Of a stretch of DNA of 64,000 bases, positions 32,330 through 47,940 are shown in pieces. The notes below the pieces were generated by a model that saw only the letters and a program-made list of their open reading frames with translations, did not search any database and was not told the origin of the DNA. The translations under genes were made by a program, and so were the position numbers. Location: positions 558,001 through 622,000 of the forward strand of contig NC_087447.1 in the NCBI RefSeq assembly GCF_036321535.1, written 5' to 3'. The DNA is from Camelus dromedarius. Its lineage: Eukaryota. The number at the start of each line of letters is the position of its first letter. The first letter of the stretch is position 1.

Positions 32330-33330
32330 AGACTCCGGGTCTTGGACACAGCCCAGGGCCTCGCTGGCCTGACCGCCGCCCCCCGCCCCTTCCCGCCACA
32401 AGCGCAGCTCCCCCCGAGGGGGCTGGCCCTGGCTGGGCTGTGGGCACCCCCGGGCTGCAACTCTCCCGGTCTCGGCAGCCTCGGGTGGACCCCACCGCCT
32501 GCACCAGACGGTGTCCCACTGGCTGGAGGGTGCGCGCGCGCGCGCGCGCGCGTCGAGCTTTGCTCAGACCTGCCGGGCGTCGGCGGCCGTGGGCGGGGCC
32601 TGCGGGGCTGGGGCTGGGGCGGGGCCCTGGGCGTCCCGGCGCGTCTCGCTTGCAGCCTCGCGGCCGGCCGCGCATTCTCCGCGCTCGGAGCCGCCGCCGC
32701 CCCCGCCGCCGTCGCCGACGGCCCGACTCCAACGCGTGGCTGGTGAGTGCGCCGCCTGGCCCGGCCGACCGGGAGAAGCTGCGCGCCTCGCGGCCCTGCT
32801 GGCCCTTTCCGGAGGGAGAAGGGCGCCGGGAGGCGGGACGCGCGGAGGGTCCACAGAGCGAGGGCAAGGCGCCTCCCGGGTCCTCGATCAGGCCTGGCGG
32901 CCCCCTCGGGCCAGCGGTTCCACCTGAGCACCGCACTCGCTGTGCGTGGACACTGGTCCCCTTCCCTCCGCCCGGTGCAAGTGGGCGGTCCGTGTGCTGC
33001 GCCCGGGCGTGGGGGGCGGCGGCGGCCGCGGTGACTTCATCGCGGTGACGCGCGAATTCCTCACCGGGCCTGGCTGGAGCGGAGTGCGGAGTCCCCCACC
33101 TTGGGGCGCGGGCCGCCGACGGGCCCTGTTGAGCGGCGGGGGCTGGGGGCGGGACAGCTCTGTCGTAGGCCGCAGGAACTATTTTTGGCCGGCCCTTTCC
33201 CGGGAGGATCATCTCCACCAGATACTCCCGGAAAGAGCAGCCCCTCCTCGGCCGGTCTCCGGTGGGCGGGCCGTGGGGGCCGGATCTGTGTCTGGAAGCA
33301 GCCTCCCCAGAAAGCCTAGGGCCTCAGAGC
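32330..33330 (+). promoter_or_regulatory. CD151: CD151 CpG-island promoter with non-coding exon 1
   Basis: CpG island, GC boxes (GGGCGGGG 32591, GGGGCGGGG 32615), donor TG|GTGAGT after 32742. Probable second UTR exon at 33685..33741 (TAG| ... CAG|GTGAGT). Confidence 0.75.
32533..32552. repeat. (CG)10 dinucleotide tract
   Basis: Perfect (CG)10 within an alternating purine-pyrimidine run at 32530-32553. Confidence 0.95.
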
Positions 33331-34513
33331 AGGCTCCCGCACCCCACAGCTCTGTGGTAGGGGTCTGCGCCTTCTTTTCTTCCCAGGTTGCTGCTACTGT
33401 TGCTCGGTGGGGGAAGGGGCAGTGACAATTCTGGTGCCGAGGCCCAGAGTGGGGTGCATGGAGGAGGCGCGTGGTCCCTCCCAGGGTCGGACTGTCCAGA
33501 AATATCCTCTGCCCTGCCCTGCCCCTCCCTAGCCCAGACCAAAATACGCAGCCTGGCCGCTCCCCTCTCAGCCTGCTCTGGAAGCCCAGCTCCGGTCCAC
33601 TGCCTGGGTGGGCCACAGAGAGGGGTGGCAGGATCCCGCCCATCTGGGTTGAGTCAGACGTGCGACCTGTCCCTGCTCTTCTAGCGGAGCCTTCTCAGGA
33701 ACGTCTGTCCATCTGTCTTACAGAGCAGCCCCCCTAGCCAGGTGAGTGTAGGGTAGGGTGGGTCAGAGTCCAGCTCTGTTGGCTCTTTGCCTGTCTGGAA
33801 ATATGGCCCTGGAGCTCAGCGGCTGTCTGTGCCCCACAGCCCTCCTCCCACTCTCCCCAGTGCGGACACCCCGGAACAGAGTGGGTGCCTCGAATAGGTG
33901 TCTCGGGGGAGGAGCACTGCCTGGAGCTGCACTTCTCCCTGGGGTCGGTGTGGCTGTGCGGGTTCCAGGGACGAGGGCGGCACTGAAAGTGCCCCAGCTC
34001 CATCTGCCTCGCACCTTTCCTTTCCCCTGAGGCCGCAGGACTAGGTTAGAAAGGGGCAGGTCAGTCCCCTCCAGCAGCCGGTAGGTTCCTGCCAGCTTGT
34101 GACGTGGGGCCCAGGGAATGCTGGGGTGGGGTGGGGAGCCTGCATGAGCTCACTCGGAGGTGCCTGCTGGGGCTTCCTACCCTGGCTGCCAGCAGAGGTG
34201 AGTCAGCCGCCGATGGCTGTGGGTCCTTCATGCTCCCACTGCTGGGCTCTGGGCTCTGGGCAGGGAAGCCAGGCCCTCTGTCCTTTAGCTGGGCTCTGGG
34301 TGCCAGGGGTCTGCCCTCACTACAGGAGGACTGGGGGCTCCTGAGCTGCCCTCCCAGGAAGTGTCGTGGTTCCCATGGACACTGTCTCAGAGCCCCTGTC
34401 TAGGGCAGGACCCAACCTGGGGCTGGCCTGGACACTTGTGTCCCCTCCCTCCATCCTCACTGGTGGCTGGTGGTTCTCCCAGGCGGGCCCTGCCCCACCT
34501 CCCTGCCGCTAGG

Positions 34514-36647
<2,134 letters not shown>

Positions 36648-36977
36648 CCTGCCCGCGGGCCGCCGGCCTCGCCGAGCTGCCGCTTCTCACTGATGCGTAG
36701 ACTACTGAGCTGATGCTCCGGGCGGCTGGCCGGGGAGCCGCGGGCCCGGGATGCGGCCCCTTCCCCTCCCACTTTGCCAGGGAGATCTTGTCCTCACGCC
36801 TGGGCCCCCGCCGCCGTGCCATCACCAAGACCTCTGGGGACCCCCAGTCCCAGAGGGAGCTTCAAGTGCCTTTAGCTGCACACCAAAGTCCTAAGGCCTG
36901 AGGCAGGGCTCCTTCTGTCTGCCTGTTTGCCTGCCGGGGTGGGTGGAGCTGATGGGATGTGGGGATTGAGTTCTGAT

Positions 36978-36983
36978 AATAAA
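36978..36983 (+). terminator. CD151: CD151 proximal poly(A) signal candidate
   Basis: AATAAA about 330 nt after the stop codon. Confidence 0.5.
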
Positions 36984-37339
36984 TACCCCCTTCCTTGAGG
37001 CCACCTCCTTTGGGGTGGGGTCCTGGGTCCTTGGGTTGCTCCCTGATGTATATTCAGTTAGAGGGGCCAGTTTGATGGGCAGAAATGGCTGGCCCACCCA
37101 GGGTGCTCCCTGTCCCCTGGACAGTGGTCATGGGCAGCACCAGGAAGGGCAAGGCTGGTGAGGGTTGGTGTAGGGGGATGGCAGGCAGCAGCAGGTGAGG
37201 CGCCCCATGTGCCCACCTCCAGAGCCCCCAGGTATTGGGGGCCTCTCGTTAAGCCACCTCCACCCCTCTGGGGAAGCCAAGCAAGAGCCCTCTCCCAGGT
37301 CACTGTTGTCTCCCCTTTCCTGGAGGCAGCTCTGTGGGC

Positions 37340-37405
37340 TTTATTCACTGCTGTCTGACCATGCCTAGGACTGCTCCTGCTGTGTACTAGGTGCTCAATA
37401 AATGC
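37340..37405 (+). mobile_element. L2 LINE 3' terminal fragment containing AATAAA
   Basis: TTCACTGCTGT...TGCCTAGGAC...TAGGTGCTCAATAAATG is the characteristic L2 3' end; AATAAA at 37397-37402. Confidence 0.75.
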
Positions 37406-38687
37406 CTGTGGACCCGATCGGGGAACTCTACGTTAATGATGGAGATGGTTCTGGTCCTCAGGGCCTTCATGTCTAGCAGGGTGGACAGGACTACCCACCT
37501 CGTGCCACAGAAAAGAAGTGCAGAGGCCCAGGCGTGAGCTGAGAGCTGGGGACGCAAGGGAGAGGAGGCCAGTGGCAGGGATGAGCACAGGCCCTGGTGC
37601 AGAGCTCTGGCTGTCCTTGGACCCAGTGACGGGTATGGCCAAGGCCCCACGGAGGAAGTGGAGGTGGACCTCAGGTGGCTCAGGCCGCTTGTGGTTCCAG
37701 AGGTCCTTCTGGCCACTGTGCAGGGACCAGGTGCAGGAGAAGGTAGAAGAGAGGTGGAGGAGGGGAGTGGAGGTGTCTCAAGAGTGAGCTGGGGTCCAGA
37801 AGGACACATGCTAGTGCTGGGCCCAGAGGGGCCATCACAGGCAGACCCCATCTTCCCCTCGAACCGGTTTCCTCATCTGTGGTCAGAGGAGCACTTCAGA
37901 CATCTGGGCCGGCCCTGAGCAAGATGCCCTCCGCCTGCTGGAGGGAGTGGGCCTGCCTCACCCCTCCCATCCCTGCTGCAAGGCAGCTTCTGGCCATTTC
38001 TTCGCATGGAGTGTTAATGCCTGGGACAGTGGGAGCTCATCCAGCCCCTCCTCTGGGCACCTGCAGCCCACAGCGGGGTCTACAGGCAGCCTGTGGAGGT
38101 TGTGCAGCACTTGCTCGCTGTGGAGGGGACAGGCCTGCTGGGCTCCAGCAGAGCCTGGAAGCTTCTGACAGCAGTGCCCTCCAGAGGGGCCCCTGTAACC
38201 ACAGCAGGCACTCTGTTCAGGGCTCAGAGAATCTGGTTCTTTAGATTCAGATCCTGGGGGAGAGGATGTGAGGACCTCTGTCCTCAGCCTAAGGAGCACC
38301 CAGAGCACTGCTGTGGGGATGCCAACGGCCCTTGGCCCACAACCCAACCGCTCACAGTCTATGCTTTTTGTGGGGCTGAGTGCAGCCTCCACAGGAAAGC
38401 CAGCCCGGCAGAGCACGGCCGTGTGGATGGGGGCCCTGTGCATACTTCTCCCTCCTCCTGGGCAGTGAGGGCTGAAATCACCTCCGCTGGCCTCACGCAC
38501 AAGGCAGGACACAGGAACAAAGCTAGGCCAACTGTTAGGACCTCCAGGTGGCCCTCAAAAACCTTTATTGGATGGTTCTTTCCAGAGAGGGAGATGCAAG
38601 CTGACAGGGCTGTGGGCAGGCATGGCTTCCAGGTCCCCACACCAGGGGGGACGAGCTGTGGGCAGGACGCTGTCTGTTGGGTCCACG

Positions 38688-40130
<1,443 letters not shown>

Positions 40131-40689
40131 CCGCGCCCGCGGAGGGGATGCGGCCGGGGTCCCGCTACCCGCGCGCCCGAGCTGGGATCCGGCCCAGGCC
40201 CGAGCCGAGCCCGCGCGGATTTCCGACCCCGAGCGCCGAGTCCGAGCCGAGTCGCAGCAACAAGTTGCGGGACGGGCTAGGGGCGCGGCGACCCTGTGGC
40301 GGGCGCGGAGACGGGCCGGCTGGGGACAGACCGGGAAGGGGGTCTCCCCACCTGGAGCCCCTGACGGCGGGCACCCGAGGGGTCTCTGCGCTGTTGGGAG
40401 GACCCTCGGGGGCGCCGCCGCCCAGTCGCCCGCACAGTAATGGTCCTGGCTCTGTAGTTGCCTGTATCCCTGAAGGCGGGCGGGCGCGGTGGGAGTGACT
40501 GGCGCGGTGGTGGGCTCAGCGGGCGGCTCCAGCCCCCCAGCAGCGTTGCGATCGGCTTCGCCCCTGTCCCTCCTGCCTTCTTCCCGGGGAAAGGGCTTCG
40601 AGGGGTGCGGGATGGGGCTGGCTGCACCCGTCCCAGGCCAGGCGGTGCTGGGTGGGTCGCCTGCGATCTGGAGGGTCGGATCTCTGAGA

Positions 40690-40880
40690 ACCGGGAAGGT
40701 GGTCAGGGGATAGTCGTGGAAGAGGTGTCTTTCAAGCTGAACCTTGAAGAGAGATCCCGAGTGTGTGTGGGAGCAGGACAGATCCTGGCAAAGGGAACCC
40801 TTGGGCAGAGGCCTGCAGGCTGTACCTGGAGCTGGAGGAGGTGATGGGGCAGGAGCCATGAAGGATTTAAAGGGAGGGGA
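40690..40880 (-). mobile_element. L2 LINE fragment
   Basis: GGAAGGTGGTCAGGGA...GAGGTGTCTTTCAAGCTGAACCTTGAAG...GGCAAAGGGAAC...GCAGAGGCCTG resembles reverse-oriented L2. Confidence 0.55.
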
Positions 40881-42350
40881 GGCTGTGTCTCTGGAAAAGA
40901 GGTGGGGTGAACCCCCTGATCCTATGGCTAGGGGTAGTGGGGAGGGCTGTATACAGTGAGAAGCAGGGAAGGCTCCCTGAAGGAGGTAAGCTTTGGACTC
41001 GGGAGGGTGGATGTGTCTCACAGTGGCACCTGTGACTTAGGCACCTATGCAGGCTTTGGGCAGTTCGCTGGCCTGAGGAGTCTGGATCTCAGTTTGGGGT
41101 GGGTGGGGCCTGTGTTGGGTCCCAGGCATCAACTAACTGCCCTCTCAGGGTAGATGATAGACCCTGGCCTTAGTTGAGAGGCAAGGAGATGGAGGTCCAG
41201 GCGGGAGATGGAGAGGCTGACCAGATCCGCTGCCTGCCTGAAGTTGGAGCCCCCACCTTTGCCTGGGCCCTGGATGGCCTCCCCAGTGGTGTTTGCCATC
41301 CCCCATCCTGCCACGTGCGGAGCCACGAGCTGGAGGCCACTTCCCTGCCCTGCCCCCCTTCCCAGGCTGACTGGACGCACATCCTGTCCCCAGCCAGAGA
41401 GGCGGGAAAGGGACCTTGAGTCACAGGGGCCTGGGGTCATAGCCAGGCTCAGCTGTAGAGGCTGCTGCGTCTGTGGAGGTGAGGGAGACGGGGGAGGGAT
41501 CTGGGATGTCATCTGGGTGGGCCTCTGGGAGCACGGGGGAAGCTGGGGCAGAAGGCTTCCTGGAGGAGGGGCTGCCAGTCGGCCTCGCCCAGCTCCTGCC
41601 CCGCGGTTGTTTACTCCCAGAGAGGGAGGGGACGGAGTGCCAAATTGACATTCCTGGAATTCTGAGAGCTCTGTGTGGATTTGAGGGTGGGGGCGGTGGC
41701 GGCCTCCTCCTCTCCAGCTCCCTGATTTCCAGGGGGAGGCTGCGGGGAGCAGTGTGCAGGGTCCCAACGCTCATGTGCACTTGGTCCTCCGTCTCCACTC
41801 TGCCCTGGCTCAGTCCCAGCCAGCTAGACCAGAGGATAGGGGAGCCTCAGAGATCAGCCCTGCCCTCCTGCCTGGCCAGCCCTGGGTGGCCATGTCCTGC
41901 TAGGTGTGTTGGGGGGAGCAGGCCAGGGCGTGGGCAGGCTCTCCTCAGGGTGGGCAGGGGCAGGAGGGAGGCCCCAGGGACCAGAGCATGGGTAAGGGTG
42001 AGGGTGGAGGGGAGGTGGGCTGTGAGGACAGATGTGGCCCAGACCTCCAGGGAGGGCTGGGAAAGGGGCAGGGAGAGTGAGGCACCGGTGTTTGGAGAAT
42101 GGGGTGTCCTGGCCCCAGGAGTGTGGGCAGGGGAGGGAGGGCTGTGCTCACATGTGGTCTGAAACCCGTGAGCCCTGCTTCCTGCTCGAGAAGGGTCACT
42201 TCAGGGCAGGCAGGGGACAAGGGACAATTAGCGATTGAAGTCTCGGCTGCTGGGACCCTCTGGCCCTGAGTGTTCTGGAAACAGGCTGAGCCCAGGGAGA
42301 ACCCTGCCTGGGAGTCGGCTGACCCACCCCCTCGGCCTGGGTCCCAGCCT

Positions 42351-42386
42351 CCGCTTCACCGCTTCACGGCTTCACCGCTTCACCGC
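42351..42386. repeat. 8-bp tandem repeat (CCGCTTCA) x4.5
   Basis: CCGCTTCA CCGCTTCA CGGCTTCA CCGCTTCA CCGC seen directly. Confidence 0.9.
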
Positions 42387-44892
42387 CCGAAAGTGTGGGT
42401 GGAACCAGAAGCTGCCCAGCTGGAGGGTCCAATCGGGGCTACGTGGGCCTGGGGTCCCAGGCTCAGCCCCTGGCCCTGATTGCTGTGGGTAGAGTTGTGC
42501 TCACACGGGGGTGATGCAGGGCACCCGGATGCCTCCCCAGGGGCAGAGGGGGCTGCCCACCTGCTACGCCCACGGGAGCCCTCCCAGCCCCAGGGGCTGG
42601 GGAGTTGGGTGTGGTGGTTTGCCGGTGTGCTTGAAGCTGAACTGGCCCTAACATAGAGACCCCTGGACACGCCTGGGCCGCTCTGGGCTTCCTGAGGGCC
42701 CTGCTCTGGAGGGTTCTGGGCAGCCCAGGGGTGGGGGTGGGTGTCGGGGCTGAGGTTGGGGAACATACCTGGTGGGCACCTGAGAAGGGTGCTCCCAGGG
42801 CCTGTGGTGGGTGGAAGGAGAGGGTGGTAGGGGAAGGCCCTGAGTTTGGGGTGGGACCCAGGGGGCCCAGGAACAGACTGGGGCCTCCTCCCCTGGAGGG
42901 GGTGTCTCCCAGCCCCGGAGGCTCCAGTTTGGGCTAGGGGATGTGGCTCCTCCCAGGGAGGGTGTGCCAGCCTGGGGGTTTGCCTGCCCCTCCCCCAGGG
43001 TGGGGGCCCACGGAGGGCTGAAGCAGCAGCAGGAAGGCCGACACCACAGGCCTGTTTGTGTTGGCGGGGCCCTCCTGGCTCCTCAAAGCCGCCTCAGAGC
43101 TGGGGGCCTGGGTGGGCAGGCCGGCTCCACTCTCCACCCTGAGCTGCCCCCGCTGGGGTGCATGTTCCCAGGCCAGGCCCCTGCCGCGGCCCTGCTGAGA
43201 ACCGCAGGTCTGCCCCAGGCCTCCGGGTCAGCCGTGGGCAAGCCCTGCTTCGGCGTTTGGGGAGGTCCTTCTTCGAGTGGGACCTTGATCTAGCCGGGTA
43301 GGTGCCCACGGCCTCTGTGTGGCTCATGCTCCCCCAGGGCCCCCATCCCAGGGTCCTGGAGGGTCTAGAAGGCCCAGGCCTGGGCTGGCAGGCTGTGGGA
43401 GGGGTGTCTTGGTGTTCTCGTTCAGCCCTATCCCTGCTGCCTGCTGTGTGTGCTGTGCTGGGAGACGCAGGCCTGTCCCACTCTGAGCTCAAAGGAAGCC
43501 CAGAGCAGGGAATGGGGCAGGGAGGCTTCCTGGAGGAGGAGGCTGGGCCTGGGTTGGGGAGCGAGCCAGCCCTGGTCCTGTCCAGCCCTGCTCCCATGCC
43601 CTGACTGCACGGTTGTGTCTGAGTTGTCCGAGATGGGGGTGGGGGCTCTGGATTCATGGAGAGGCATGGTGGGGACCAGAAGGTGCCGGGATCATTCATG
43701 GAGGGTCCAGGGGCTGCCTTGGGGGTTGGGTTGGGAATGTGGCCAGGTAGTGGTGTTGGCCACAGGTCCTCCTCACATGTGGGGGCCCAGGAGGGTTGCG
43801 GGCCATGCCAGGTGCTGCTGGAGCTGCCCTTTAGAGCCTGACTGGGAGGCGCCATCCCCTGATGCCCAGGTCCTGGGGGGTAGGGTGCACAGACGCAGCC
43901 TTAGGCCTGGATGGATGCATGGTTTTTAGCTTCAGCAGTGTTGCTGTGGGCTTTGGGCCCCTCAGCTCCCGGTTCATCAAAGAACGTGGGGCGTGTCCCT
44001 CCCACCCTTCATACTTCGCTGGGCCTGAAAGCCCTCCGTGGATGCTTCATCCCTGGGCACAGCGACTGCTGGGGATGAAGGTGGGCCCGGGGCCCTGGGC
44101 CCAGGGGCGTGCTCTCCCTGTGTGGTAGGTGCACTGGGGTTTCAGAGGGGCTAGGTCTCGGGTTGCCGGGGCCTCCACCGGCTCAGTGGCTTCACATCTG
44201 TCCCAGGTGTGGGTCTGAGTGGACCGGCTGGCAGTGGGCTGCCCATGAGGGGATGAACATGAGATGGGCACGTGCCAGTGTGGCGTCTGAGCCTCTGCTG
44301 CCCCTCCTTGCCCTTGGGCTGCTGGGAAGACCGCCTGCCCCACCCCCCAGGCTGCCAGGAGCCCTGGTCTGAGGGGTGAAGTGCGCATGCGTGGCCAGGA
44401 TGCTGTCGCAACCCCCACGTGAGCTTGGGACCCCTCCCCACAATCCCTGGCTCTCAGGGGAGGACCCCCGTGAGCACTAACGGCAGATCAGTGGGCCTCG
44501 TGAGTCATCACTGGCTGGCTCCTGGGGAGAGCTTAGGTCTGTGGCTTGGCATGTCTGTCTGCTAGCCCCAGACGAGCCCAGGAGGATGTCGTGGGGGAGG
44601 TGGACACTGCAGGTTAGTCTCGGGCCCAGGACCGCTTGGGACTGGGACGGCCCTCAGGCTGTGTGTGTGTCCTCATCTCTGGACGTGTGTGTTCTCTGGT
44701 TGCACGTCCCCACTTGAGCAGCCTGGTGTCTCCCTGGGCGTCTTGGAAGGCCACGCAAAGGGTGGGTGGGGGTGCAGCCCACAGGTCTGAGCACACCCCT
44801 AGCTGCCCCCCAGCTGCCCCCCTGCCACTGGAGGGACCTGGTCCTGAGTGGAGGGCTGTTCCTCATCCCCTTGGAGAGCCTCCATTCTGCAG

Positions 44893-44984
44893 TCGTTCCT
44901 CCAGGGAGCTCCAGCTTGCCTGCTGGCTGCCCAGCCTCCAGGGGCACTGGGCACAGCCTGCCCTCTTTCCTGTGGCCAGCCCAG
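44893..44984 (+). other. TSPAN4: TSPAN4 non-coding 5'UTR exon 2
   Basis: Acceptor CTCCATTCTGCAG (alternative AG at 44903-44904); ends CTCTTTCCTGTGGCCAGCCCAG|GTACGT, matching the recalled human TSPAN4 5'UTR. Confidence 0.7.
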
Positions 44985-46820
44985 GTACGTCCCGGCCTGG
45001 CGGGGCAGGGGCGCAGCACTGGGCTGCCTTCTGGTCTCACCCACACCCAGCCCGAGGGCCTTGATGGCTGGCCGCTCTCCTGGTCCTGGGACAAACTGGG
45101 GCTGAGCCAACCAGACGTCACCTCCTCAGTGTGTCTCACTGGGGTCCCACCTGCTGAAGGAAGGGCTTGACTGTGGGGACAGGGTCCCCGGGGCTGGCTG
45201 GGTAGCGCTCCACCTGGCAGCCTGGATGTACTCCTGTCCTCGCTCCAACTGGCCCCGGGACCCTTGGTTGAGTTTTCTGGTTTAATCTCAGCTCAGTCTC
45301 ACCTGCTCACCTGAGTGATGGGTGCAGGGTTTAGAGATGGCACAGGGGTTAGCAGGAGTTTAAGGGGCTGTAGGAATGCTATTGGCTGAGTGAGGTGGAG
45401 GAGGGGGGTCCTGGGTGCTGGGCCCAGTATGGGAACCCAGAACAGACTTCCCCTTCCCCGCCCCGCCCTGAGCTCCAGTGTGATGAAGGAGTGGAGGGCC
45501 GAGCCCACGGCTCCCCAGGTGGGTGGCCCCACCCTGGTCATCGGAGGCCCTGCCCTGGGAGCCAGGCTGGGGAGACAGACATGCCCTTCCGTCCTCCTTA
45601 GCCTGCCTGTGCCCACAAGTGTGCACAGAGCACACACCCTCTCATATGCTAGGACTCTTGGGGCCCCGAGTGTCCATCCTTGGCTTGGGCGTGTGGGGCT
45701 GGCTGGGTTGGGCCAAGGGAATGGTGGCTGGAGGCTGCTGGGGATCCCCAGAGTCTCCAGGGGTCACCGGCGGCCACTTGCTCCCTGGGCAGAGCTGCAG
45801 GCAGTGGTCTCTGCAGGGCCTGGATGGGGGCTTCCAAGGCCTGCTTCTCCACCGGGCCCCTGGTGTGTGGTCACTGTTGTGTCCCATTCCAGGAGCCCAG
45901 GCACACCAAAGAATCCTTGGGGGAGGAAGGATAGAGGGACCTGGGAAGCCTTGTCAGGCCCCCAGTTTGGGCAGGGTAGGGACACTGGGGTTCTCCTGTT
46001 CCCACTCCCTGCCGGCCAGAGCCAGCTCAGCTCAGAGAGGACAGCATAAGGACACTGCCCCTGGGGCTTGAGCTGCAGTTCTCCTCAGAGCCCTCGGGCA
46101 GCACAGGGCTGGGGCAGTGGTCCTCAGAGCACAGCAGGGCTGCCAGACCTCACTAGGCCCCCCGCCCAGCAGACATCTCCCAGACTTGCCACCGCAGGCA
46201 CCACTTAGTTTCAATCTATCACTTTGTCAGCACCACTGATGGGCCCCCCTCCCTCCTCCTCGTCCCCCCATTTCTTTTCCTTCCTTGCACCATCTCCCCA
46301 TCCCCATTCCTCCCACTCCTCTCCCCTCTGAGTTCTGCGGACCTTGGGTGAGTCCTTCCCTCCGTTTCTGGGACCATCCAATGGGATGGACGCTGTCCAT
46401 GGGTGGCCTTGGGGATAGGGTAGACCCAGTCCAGGGCTCAGGGCTCATCTATGCCTGTGGTGGCCACCCTCCCCCAGGCCTGGCTCTTCTGCCGGTGCAG
46501 ACAGGAGGAGGCTCAACCCCTCCTGGGCCGCAGGCAAAGGGCAGACAGGGAGGCGGCATCTGGGACACATGCTGGTGTCTTCCCAGCACACTCTAGGGTC
46601 CCCGCCAGTGGGGTGGGCTGTGGGGGCACAGCACCTGTGGTGGTGGTGCGTGTGCCTGCCCCTCTGGGCTGCTCCTTGTGCGTGTCTCTGCTCATCAGCC
46701 CTTGGGCACACCACACGCCCGGCACAAGAGGCTTTGGAGCAACACGTGTGCGTGCCACCTGTGATCTGCAAGCCTGGCGTGAACCCACATCCAGCTGAGT
46801 GTGTGGATGTGTCTGGGAGG

Positions 46821-46955
46821 GGCTGGTGCAAAATGAAAGTCAGAGCCCCTTGGTCAAAAATTGTGGAGAATTTCAAGACAGTGGCTGCAGAGCATCAAAA
46901 CCAGAGCATCAAACTGTGTGACTGCACATGTCATGCGCCAGTGAAGCCAGCCATG
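46821..46955 (-). mobile_element. MER45A-like (hAT-Tip100) DNA transposon
   Basis: GTGCAAAATGAAA...GCCCCTTGGTCAAAAATT...AGAATTTCAAGACAG...GCAGAGCAT...GACTGCACA...TGAAGCCAGCC resembles the reverse complement of the MER45A consensus. Confidence 0.75.
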
Positions 46956-47399
46956 CTCCCTTGGCTGGGTGAAGCAGGGTGCCGCCAGGGTTGAGCGCTG
47001 GGTGGGCTTGGGGTGGGCCGCCAGCTTTGCATGGGGTCTGTCTCCCAGGCTGACCCCTGTCCCGTGTGAGCTGCCCGAGTTTCCGGGTCCTGGCGCAGCC
47101 CTTGTCCAGCACAGGGTGGGCTGCTCGGAGAGTGTGCACCCGCTGTGTGTTCCGGCTGTAGTCCCCGAGCTCCCTCAATCTGGGCCAGAGGTCTGGGCCG
47201 GAGCTGCCCCAAGTCGCCACCAGACGGCAACTGGGTCACCCCTCATTTGCATAGTGCTTTGCATTTTGCGTGGGTCAGAGGTCTCCGAGCCCAGCTTGGG
47301 GGCAAGGACGGGGACGTCGTGCCCGGGGCTGAGCGCTGCCTGGGCCCCCTGCCCTCAGCCCCCAGCCCCTTCCATCGCTTCCCGGGCTGGGCGGGCAGG

Positions 47400-47720
47400 A
47401 GAAGTGGAAGACCAAGGGGCGCCGGCGCGGGCGGAGGGCCGGGGGCGGGGGCGCCGTCCCGGGGCTGCGATTGGCCCGCGCGGGGCGGCGCGGTCGGATT
47501 TGCGAGGCGGCGCGGCGAGGAGTGGCGGGGGGGGGGGTCTTCGCGGAGGCGGGGCCGGCGCGGATTGGCCGGCGGGCGGGCACGGGGCGGGGCGGGCCCG
47601 GCCCGGGCTGCCGCGGGCGGGCAGGTGTCCGGGGACCGTCGCGGGTCCGAGAGGGGCGGCGCGCCCGGTGCCACCGCGGCCCGGGGCGCGGAGCCTGGGG
47701 CGGCCCCGGCGGCCCCGCGC
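47400..47720 (+). promoter_or_regulatory. TSPAN4: Internal CpG-island promoter of TSPAN4
   Basis: Two inverted CCAAT boxes (ATTGG at 47470-47474 and 47564-47568) with several GC boxes, directly upstream of the first coding exon. Confidence 0.7.
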
Positions 47721-47940
47721 GATGCGCCGCTCAAGCACAGACGAGTCCACGTACCGGCGCAGCCCGTCGCCGCCGGGCAAGGAACCTGGCTTCGCGCGCG
47801 GCGGCGCCTTCTTCGGCCTGCACGCCAATCCCGGTCCCAAGGCGGCCCAGGCGCGCTACACGTCGCCCAAGGGTAACAAGTACGTAGTCTTCTATCTGGA
47901 CCTCTCCTTCATCTTCCTCCTAGAGCTGAAGCGCTGCAGC

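Noticed and set aside
31385-32330. Possible Rab-GTPase exons extending CRACR2B, as in the long CRACR2A/Rab46 isoform
   Set aside because: No G1-G5 motifs seen; a stop codon and AATAAA (31624) close the gene before the CD151 promoter.
32212-33218. Several 130-300 aa ORFs over the CD151 CpG island
   Set aside because: Ala/Arg/Pro/Gly-rich on both strands, as expected from stop-codon depletion at very high GC.
44566-44612. Candidate extra TSPAN4 UTR exon (TAG|...CAG|GTTAGT) with a short uORF
   Set aside because: The splice signals are plausible but unsupported; the exon at 44893..44984 fits the recalled human 5'UTR better.
46969-47721. Upstream part of the 442-aa ORF containing the TSPAN4 start
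   Set aside because: It lies upstream of and across the promoter elements and is G/R/A-rich; only the part from ATG 47722 is considered credible.
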